From NCBI GenBank assembly GCA_937891845.1, contig CALATP010000049.1, forward strand, positions 103,743-167,742: 64,000 nt of DNA, read 5' to 3'. This DNA comes from an uncultured Porphyromonadaceae bacterium. GTDB taxonomy: Bacteria > Bacteroidota > Bacteroidia > Bacteroidales > Barnesiellaceae_A. Below the pieces are notes generated by a model, which did no database searches, had not been told where the DNA came from, and was given only the letters and a program-made list of their open reading frames with translations. The position numbers and the translations under genes were made by a program. Below, in pieces: positions 58,054 to 64,000 of the stretch (position 1 is its first letter; every line of letters starts with the position of its first letter).

Positions 58054-58968
58054 ATGAGTAAATTATTTCTCAACATTAACCCAGATGCAACAGCTCAAGC
58101 TGATGTAACAACAGAAGCCCCAACAATTGAAGAGGCTGTTAACACCCTATCACAGATGAATTTTAATGATGTTATTTCACAGCTCACATCATCTGCTGTT
58201 GACCTAGGACTCAAAATTATAGTTGCACTACTTGTATATTGGATTGGTAAATTCCTTATAGACCTACTATACAAAGTAGTAAAAAAGACACTAGAACGTC
58301 GCAACATAGATGCTTCAATCAACTCATTTGTTCTCAGCCTTATAAGAGTTGTATTAATGTTTGTCCTCATTATTACCATTATTGGTGTATTGGGCATCAA
58401 CACAAGTTCATTTGTTGCACTATTTGCTTCGGCCGGTGTTGCCATTGGTATGGCATTGAGCGGAACATTACAAAACTTTGCAGGTGGAGTAATGATACTT
58501 CTCTTTAAGCCTTATAAAATCGGTGACTGGATTGAAGGTGCCGGTACATCAGGTTCGGTTAAAGAAATCCAAATATTCAATACTATACTTACTACTGCCG
58601 ACAATAAAGTAATTATTGTTCCTAACGGCAAACTATCCAATGATATGATTGTAAATTATAGTGCTGGTGGAACACGTCGTGTAGACTGGACATTCAACAT
58701 TTCTTACGGCAGTGATTATGACAAAGCTCAAGAAGTACTTCGTAAATTTATAAATGAAGATAAACGTATTCTTCAAACACCCGCCCCTACTGTTGTACTC
58801 GGTGAGTTGTCGGCCAGCTCGGTAGACATCGTGGTACGTGCTTGGGTTAACGGTGGTGACTATTGGGATGTATTGTACGATATGAATGAGCGTGTTTACA
58901 AAGAGTTTGCACAATATGGTCTTACATTCCCCTTCCCTCAATTGGATGTTCACATTACTAAAGAATAA
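58054..58968 (+). CDS. mscS: small-conductance mechanosensitive channel (MscS family)
   Basis: Three TM helices followed by the MscS core (LLFKPYKIGDWIE..G..GSVKEIQIFNT.L.T.DN..IIVPN). Confidence 0.85.
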   Translation: MSKLFLNINPDATAQADVTTEAPTIEEAVNTLSQMNFNDVISQLTSSAVDLGLKIIVALLVYWIGKFLIDLLYKVVKKTLERRNIDASINSFVLSLIRVVLMFVLIITIIGVLGINTSSFVALFASAGVAIGMALSGTLQNFAGGVMILLFKPYKIGDWIEGAGTSGSVKEIQIFNTILTTADNKVIIVPNGKLSNDMIVNYSAGGTRRVDWTFNISYGSDYDKAQEVLRKFINEDKRILQTPAPTVVLGELSASSVDIVVRAWVNGGDYWDVLYDMNERVYKEFAQYGLTFPFPQLDVHITKE

Positions 58969-58986
58969 TAATCTGAACAAATTTCT

Positions 58987-59022
58987 AAAAAAACGAGTAA
59001 CTGACTGTTACTCGTTTTTTTT
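58987..59022. terminator. bidirectional intrinsic terminator after mscS
   Basis: A6, the stem ACGAGTAAC / GTTACTCGT, then T7-8. Confidence 0.8.
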
Positions 59023-59226
59023 ATCTTTTAGTTATAAGGGGTATTGTGTCAACTTCAATTAATATCAAATACAAGAGTCAACCTCAATATGAGACAATCA
59101 TATAGAACAACTCTATTTTTATCATCATATATATAATGTTTAGTAGGGTGCATTGGAGTAACTCTTTATCTAAAAATCAAAGTACAATAAGATGCTACCA
59201 CCTAACAAAAATTAGTAACTAATTTA

Positions 59227-59370
59227 CTATAAGAATGTAGCTACAACTACATACAGAACAATTATCAATAAGAATACAAAAAACACAACCGAGAAACTTG
59301 CAAATTGTTTCCAAGTTCCGAAGTCATCTTTGGAATGATACTTCCTTTTATGATTGTTAGCCTCAGACAT
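59227..59370 (-). CDS. candidate 47-aa small membrane protein
   Basis: ATG-started ORF MSEANNHKRKYHSKDDFGTWKQFASFSVVFFVFLLIIVLYVVVATFL*, with a basic N-terminus and one C-terminal TM. A TATCTTTG -7 box lies 41 nt upstream. Confidence 0.3.
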   Translation of the reverse strand: MSEANNHKRKYHSKDDFGTWKQFASFSVVFFVFLLIIVLYVVVATFL

Positions 59371-59410
59371 AACCTTTATTTTCTTATTTAAGTTGGGAGA
59401 GGTTATCTTG

Positions 59411-59418
59411 CAAAGATA
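59411..59418 (-). promoter_or_regulatory. -7 box (TATCTTTG) upstream of the 47-codon ORF
   Basis: Plus-strand CAAAGATA at 59411-59418. A second box, TAACTTTG, lies at 59453-59460. Confidence 0.3.
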
Positions 59419-59572
59419 TCACCTTCTATAATCTCACTGTGAAAATGTTCTACAAAGTTAGTTCAATAATCATTCAATGTATGCATTTAATGGTAAAATT
59501 AATCAAAAATAATAGCTCAACAGTTCAAAATTTGTTAAATGAAACAAAATGAATTAATCTCACAAAAAAAAG

Positions 59573-59602
59573 AGTACCTAAAAAGGTACTCTTTACATAA
59601 AA
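59573..59602 (-). terminator. intrinsic terminator after rplT
   Basis: AGAGTACC / GGTACTCT stem followed by T8 on the minus strand. Confidence 0.8.
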
Positions 59603-59618
59603 TCAAAATGAATCGATT

Positions 59619-59963
59619 TTACTTTACCTTAGCAACCACAGCCTTAAATGCCTCAGGGTGGTTAACTGCCAAATCGGCCAAAACTTTACGGTTGATTTCG
59701 ATGCCGGCTTTATGAAGAGCACCCATCAACTTAGAGTATGACATACCCTCGAGACGAGCAGCAGCATTGATACGTTGTATCCACAAAGCACGGAAATTAC
59801 CTTTTTTGTCCTTACGGTCGCGATAAGCATAGGTAAGACCTTTTTCCCAAGTATTCTTGGCAACGGTCCACACATTTTTACGACAACCGAAGTAGCCGCG
59901 TGTAAGTTTCAGAATTTTTTTTCTTTTAGCTCTTGAAGCTACGTGATTTACTGATCTTGGCAT
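59619..59963 (-). CDS. rplT: 50S ribosomal protein L20
   Basis: [26 protein letters not shown]... from the ATG at 59963. Confidence 0.93.
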   Translation of the reverse strand: MPRSVNHVASRAKRKKILKLTRGYFGCRKNVWTVAKNTWEKGLTYAYRDRKDKKGNFRALWIQRINAAARLEGMSYSKLMGALHKAGIEINRKVLADLAVNHPEAFKAVVAKVK

Positions 59964-60078
59964 AGTTTTTTCTTTTTTGAATGTTAGCGTCACCTTTACG
60001 GTGCTCTTTATTGCTAAGACATTCGGTTAATACTATTGTAACTACTTTTTTTGTTTAGAGAATTTACACTTACTATGA

Positions 60079-60276
60079 TTACTTCATAGCGAGCAATTGC
60101 TTCACATTGTTCTCGTCAGCTTTAGAAATTACGGTAAAGTAACCGAGGTTTCTTTTTTGCTTTTTAGTTTTCTTTGTGAGAATGTGGCTCTTGTAAGCGT
60201 GTTTTCTCTTGATCTTTCCTGATCCGGTAAGGGCGAACCTCTTTTTGGCACCGGAATTAGTTTTAATCTTCGGCAT
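60079..60276 (-). CDS. rpmI: 50S ribosomal protein L35
   Basis: [14 protein letters not shown]...; 65 aa. Confidence 0.93.
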   Translation of the reverse strand: MPKIKTNSGAKKRFALTGSGKIKRKHAYKSHILTKKTKKQKRNLGYFTVISKADENNVKQLLAMK

Positions 60277-60328
60277 TTTTTTTTGTTTTTAGTGTTACAT
60301 TATTTATACTACGGAATATCCGTTAGTT

Positions 60329-60901
60329 TTACTTTTTCTTAGGCGAAATCATTATTATCATTCGCTTGCCTTCAAGTACCGGCATATTTTCGGCCTTGCC
60401 ATACTCCTCAAGATCATTTACAAAGCGCAACAATAACACTTCACCTTGTTCTTTGAAGAGTATCGAACGTCCTTTGAAGAACACATAAGCCTTGACCTTT
60501 GCACCTTCTTTAAGGAATTCGATAGCGTGCTTGAGTTTAAAGTTGTAATCGTGATCATCTGTTTGGGGTCCGAAACGTATCTCTTTTACAACAACTTTAG
60601 CAGCCTTTGCCTTTTGCTCTTTTTGACGTTTTTTCTGTTGATACAGATACTTTTGATAATCCAATATTTTACATACCGGCGGCTCTGCGTTAGGCGATAT
60701 TTCTATCAAGTCAAGTTCCAACTCATCAGCTATACGCAAGGCTTCTTGTATAGTATACACACCTTGTTCTACATTATCACCAACAAGACGTACTTCTTTG
60801 GCACGTATTTGTGTGTTTATGCGATGTTGGTCTTTGCTCTCATTACGGCCTCCTCGTTGTTGTTGACGTGGTGCACCGGTGGGTTTGGGTTTGTTCTCCA
60901 T
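60329..60901 (-). CDS. infC: translation initiation factor IF-3
   Basis: [15 protein letters not shown]... N-domain and a C-domain (KEIRFGP.TD.HD...K). ATG start, 10 nt after the thrS stop. Confidence 0.92.
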   Translation of the reverse strand: MENKPKPTGAPRQQQRGGRNESKDQHRINTQIRAKEVRLVGDNVEQGVYTIQEALRIADELELDLIEISPNAEPPVCKILDYQKYLYQQKKRQKEQKAKAAKVVVKEIRFGPQTDDHDYNFKLKHAIEFLKEGAKVKAYVFFKGRSILFKEQGEVLLLRFVNDLEEYGKAENMPVLEGKRMIIMISPKKK

Positions 60902-60910
60902 TCAATCAAA

Positions 60911-62851
60911 TTACCATTGGTTTATCATTTTCTCTACTTCATCAGAGATTTGCGCCGCAAAGGTAGTAATTTTTACGACACCTTTATCACCTTCGCCCTG
61001 TTTTCTTACAGAAACTTCTTCATTTTCTGCTTCTTTTTCACCAACTATGAGCAAATAGGGTACTTTTTTTATCTCTGTATCGCGAATTTTGCGTCCAATC
61101 TTCTCATTACGGAAGTCGACAAAAGCGCGAATATCTTGTTTAGCAAGTTCGTCAGCGACGTGTTGTGCGTAATCATTATATTTCTCACTGATGGGTAATA
61201 TTGCCACTTGGTCGGGTGTAAGCCACAAGGGGAATTTACCACCGGTGTGTTCAATAAGTACAGCAACAAAACGTTCCATTGAGCCAAAGGGCGCACGGTG
61301 AATCATTACCGGACGATGCTTTTGGTTGTCATTGCCGGTATATTCAAGGTCAAAACGCTCGGGCAAGTTATAGTCTACTTGTATTGTACCCAATTGCCAA
61401 CGACGACCGATGGCATCTTTTACCATAAAGTCGAGTTTGGGACCATAGAATGCGGCCTCACCCAATTCTACTCGTGCATTGAGTCCTTTTTCTTGACAAG
61501 CCTCTACAATAGCACGTTCGGCCTTTTCCCAATTTTCGTCTGTACCAATATATTTTTCACGATTATTGGGGTCACGCAATGATATTTGAGCTTCAAAATT
61601 CTCAAAATTCAAGGCTTTGAAAATAATGAAAATAATATCCATTACTTTGAGGAACTCATCTTTAAGTTGGTCGGGACGACAGAAGATGTGAGCATCATCT
61701 TGAGTAAAACCGCGAACACGTGTCAAACCGTGCAACTCTCCACTTTGCTCATAACGATATACTGTACCAAACTCGGCAAAGCGCAAAGGAAGATCTCTAT
61801 ATGAACGAGGCACTGTTTTGTAAATCTCACAGTGGTGAGGACAGTTCATAGGTTTGAGCAAGAATTCCTCGCCCTCCTCGGGTGTATGTATAGGTTGGAA
61901 CGAATCTTTACCATACTTGGCATAGTGACCCGATGTTACATACAAGTTTTTGGCACCGATGTGAGGGGTCATAACTTGTTGATAACCGAAACGCTTCTGT
62001 ATGCGACGCAAGAAGTTTTCTAGACGTTCACGTAATGCAGCTCCACGGGGCAACCATAAAGGAAGTCCTTGACCTACCGATTGTGAGAATGCAAAAAGTT
62101 CCAACTCTTTACCTATCTTACGGTGGTCGCGTTTTTTGGCTTCTTCCATCATTACAAGATACTCATCGAGCATCTTTTTCTTGGGGAATGTTATACCATA
62201 CACGCGAATGAGTTGTTGACGTGTTTCATCACCTCTCCAATAAGCACCGGCAAGTGAATTGATTTTCACTGCTTTTATGACACTTGTATTGGGGATATGC
62301 GGGCCACGACAGAGGTCGGTAAACGAACCTTGTGTATAGGTTGTAATTGTACCATCCTCGAGTTCGTTGATAAGTTCAACCTTATATTCTTCACCACGTT
62401 CTCCAAAGAGCTTCAAAGCATCGGCCTTAGAAATCTCTTGACGAACAATAGGCTCTTTACGAGCAGCAAGTTCCAACATTTTGGCTTCAATACGCTCAAA
62501 ATCGGCAGCTGTAAGTGAATGTTCTCCGGGGTCTACATCATAATAGAAACCACTTTCCAAAGCCGGACCAATACCAAACTTGATACCGGGATAAAGTATT
62601 TGCAAGGCTTCGGCCAAGAGGTGTGCCGATGAGTGCCAGAAAGCGTGTTTACCTTCTGCATCATCCCACTTAAACAGTTTGATAGCTGCATCTTTTTCAA
62701 TAGGACGCATCAAATCCCAAGCCTCTCCATCAATCTCTGCAACAAGCACATCCTGTGCAAGACGCGAGCTGATACTTTCGGCTACTGCAAGCGGTGTAAC
62801 ACCATTCTCGAACTCTTTTACCGAGCCATCAGGAAATGTTATTTTAATCAT
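60911..62851 (-). CDS. thrS: threonine--tRNA ligase
   Basis: 646 aa. TGS domain ([10 protein letters not shown]), a second additional domain (HSSAHLLA), the class II core, and an anticodon-binding domain. Confidence 0.95.
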   Translation of the reverse strand: MIKITFPDGSVKEFENGVTPLAVAESISSRLAQDVLVAEIDGEAWDLMRPIEKDAAIKLFKWDDAEGKHAFWHSSAHLLAEALQILYPGIKFGIGPALESGFYYDVDPGEHSLTAADFERIEAKMLELAARKEPIVRQEISKADALKLFGERGEEYKVELINELEDGTITTYTQGSFTDLCRGPHIPNTSVIKAVKINSLAGAYWRGDETRQQLIRVYGITFPKKKMLDEYLVMMEEAKKRDHRKIGKELELFAFSQSVGQGLPLWLPRGAALRERLENFLRRIQKRFGYQQVMTPHIGAKNLYVTSGHYAKYGKDSFQPIHTPEEGEEFLLKPMNCPHHCEIYKTVPRSYRDLPLRFAEFGTVYRYEQSGELHGLTRVRGFTQDDAHIFCRPDQLKDEFLKVMDIIFIIFKALNFENFEAQISLRDPNNREKYIGTDENWEKAERAIVEACQEKGLNARVELGEAAFYGPKLDFMVKDAIGRRWQLGTIQVDYNLPERFDLEYTGNDNQKHRPVMIHRAPFGSMERFVAVLIEHTGGKFPLWLTPDQVAILPISEKYNDYAQHVADELAKQDIRAFVDFRNEKIGRKIRDTEIKKVPYLLIVGEKEAENEEVSVRKQGEGDKGVVKITTFAAQISDEVEKMINQW

Positions 62852-62926
62852 CTTTATATCAGTTAATTATATTAATTTTAAATGTAAATATTATAGGATA
62901 TATACCATCCCACTTTTTTACAAGCC

Positions 62927-62957
62927 ACAAAGTTAGCAATATTTTTTTGTTTTACAA
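62927..62957 (-). promoter_or_regulatory. Bacteroides-type promoter for thrS-infC-rpmI-rplT
   Basis: On the minus strand, TTTG (62954-62957) and TAACTTTG (62927-62934) with a 19-bp spacer. This predicts a ~70-75-nt leader. Confidence 0.45.
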
Positions 62958-63081
62958 AGATATAAAGGTGATTATAAGCGAAAAATATCTATTATTGGTG
63001 ATTAATTAACATAGTATAAATCACTCATTATATAGCACTCGACAACAACTATACATTTGACGAAATAGTTGGTGCATTACC

Positions 63082-64000
63082 CTACTCAGCATCAAGACGT
63101 TTCAATATGTTATATGCAGCCATAACTCCCATTTCGCCGGCTTTTGACAGGTCGGCTCTTCCCGCTGTTGTATTTCCGGCTTTGATATAGGCCAATCCCC
63201 TATTGAAATACGCATCGGCAAAATCGGGCTGTAAGCGAATTGCCTCGGTGTAATCAGATATAGCATTTTCCACCTTATTCTGGGCAAAATATATATTTCC
63301 TCTATTGTAATATGCATAAGCAAATCGAGGTGATAATTCTATTGCTCTATTTAGATCTTCAACAATCAATTCATAACTAATCTGTGCAGCATCTATACTG
63401 ATGGGAGATGAAGAAGAGATATTGATAGATGAGGCTTGTGATGAAGTAGCAGATTCGGCATCCAAGTTCAATTCACTTTGATTATATTCCATATTTTTGT
63501 ATCGCAAATATGCCCTTTGGAAATAGGCCAACATAAAATTGGGACTCAAAGCAATTACCTTATTCACATCTTCAAGTGCTCCTGCATAATCTTGCAACAA
63601 CATCAAATCGAGCGAACGTCCCAAGTACTTGAGTATATCGTTTTTACTATCAGCATCTATCTCATTCGTATAATTGGTAGCAGAGGCAAAATGTGTAGCT
63701 ACTTGCATTGGCTCCAACACGGTCTCGTCATTGGTAAGTAATAACAGATATTTAAATGCTCTCAATTCATTGAGGCGATCCAACTCATCGGTAAAATGAT
63801 TATTGGGACGTAGTTCATTGGGTCTTTCATAATAGTTGAGAGCAAACATTGGTTGCAACGTAACCATAACATTCCTATTCTGTATACGTCCTCTTACCTT
63901 ACTCTCATATTGTGTTTCGAAGGCATCGGAGAAGTTTTCATCAGCTATCATCAGTCGGTCATACTTATTAATGTTCATATCCGACTCTCTTCGTGCATCT
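63082..64000 (-). CDS. tetratricopeptide-repeat protein, probably 5'-truncated by the window edge
   Basis: C-terminal TPRs (YYNRGNIYFAQNKVENAISDYTEAIRLQPDFADAYFNRGLAY). The frame stays open upstream of the ATG at 63978 to the window end. Confidence 0.6.
   Translation of the reverse strand, partial: DARRESDMNINKYDRLMIADENFSDAFETQYESKVRGRIQNRNVMVTLQPMFALNYYERPNELRPNNHFTDELDRLNELRAFKYLLLLTNDETVLEPMQVATHFASATNYTNEIDADSKNDILKYLGRSLDLMLLQDYAGALEDVNKVIALSPNFMLAYFQRAYLRYKNMEYNQSELNLDAESATSSQASSINISSSSPISIDAAQISYELIVEDLNRAIELSPRFAYAYYNRGNIYFAQNKVENAISDYTEAIRLQPDFADAYFNRGLAYIKAGNTTAGRADLSKAGEMGVMAAYNILKRLDAE

Noticed and set aside
60446-61198. A 250-aa plus-strand ORF overlapping infC and thrS.
   Set aside because: It is antisense to two unmistakable housekeeping genes. 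The translation is low-complexity hydrophobic (F/L/I/Y-rich) with no motifs. This is a typical shadow ORF in AT-rich DNA.
1-64000. Searched by eye for CRISPR repeats, tRNA/rRNA/tmRNA genes, IS elements, integrases, reverse transcriptases (retron/DGR) and long direct or inverted DNA repeats.
   Set aside because: I found none. The intergenic regions are short and contain only promoters and hairpins. The only long similarity is the diverged ABC-F paralog pair. A computational scan (tRNAscan-SE, Infernal/Rfam, a repeat finder) would be needed to exclude small elements.

Overview
The window looks like core chromosome from a Bacteroidales (Bacteroidota) bacterium. Three things support that call: many Bacteroides-type promoters (TTTG at -33, TAnnTTTG at -7), T9SS C-terminal sorting domains, and a type III glutamine synthetase. 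About 55 protein genes are tightly packed, and most are housekeeping. They include glgP, fabD, tatAC, metY, glnS, purF, GS-III, lgt, pepO-like M13, two ABC-F ATPases, a DEAD-box helicase and mutL. They also include an OstA-like/SurA-like/parvulin envelope cluster, guaB, DPP-IV, miaA, rlmH, nfeD-floA, mscS and thrS-infC-rpmI-rplT. I found no rRNA, tRNA, CRISPR array, transposase or integrase. The only clearly non-core spot is a ~1.15 kb islet at about 39.64-40.79 kb, between a DUF486/DMT gene and a UPF0597 gene. It holds three things: a 230-codon ORF with a Cys4 zinc-ribbon-like motif and a PD-(D/E)xK-like nuclease motif but no ATG or promoter; a convergent ~70-nt unit on the opposite strand bounded by a promoter and a terminator (candidate sRNA); and a ~70-codon fragment resembling the N-terminus of a phage late-control-D/baseplate-hub protein. 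My best reading is a decayed phage or contractile-tail remnant that may have kept a nuclease plus antisense-RNA (type I toxin-antitoxin-like) module. This is a hypothesis based on motif reading, not on searches. Lesser leads are: a second orphan promoter+terminator unit upstream of the DMT gene; a two-gene secreted operon pairing a T9SS-CTD mini-protein with a 552-aa three-repeat protein; a 47-codon membrane-peptide ORF in a 650-bp gap; a Tat-signal dipeptide epimerase beside a secreted NlpC/P60 peptidase; and an inverted pair of ABC-F paralogs. All family calls come from motif recognition in the translations. No database search was possible.
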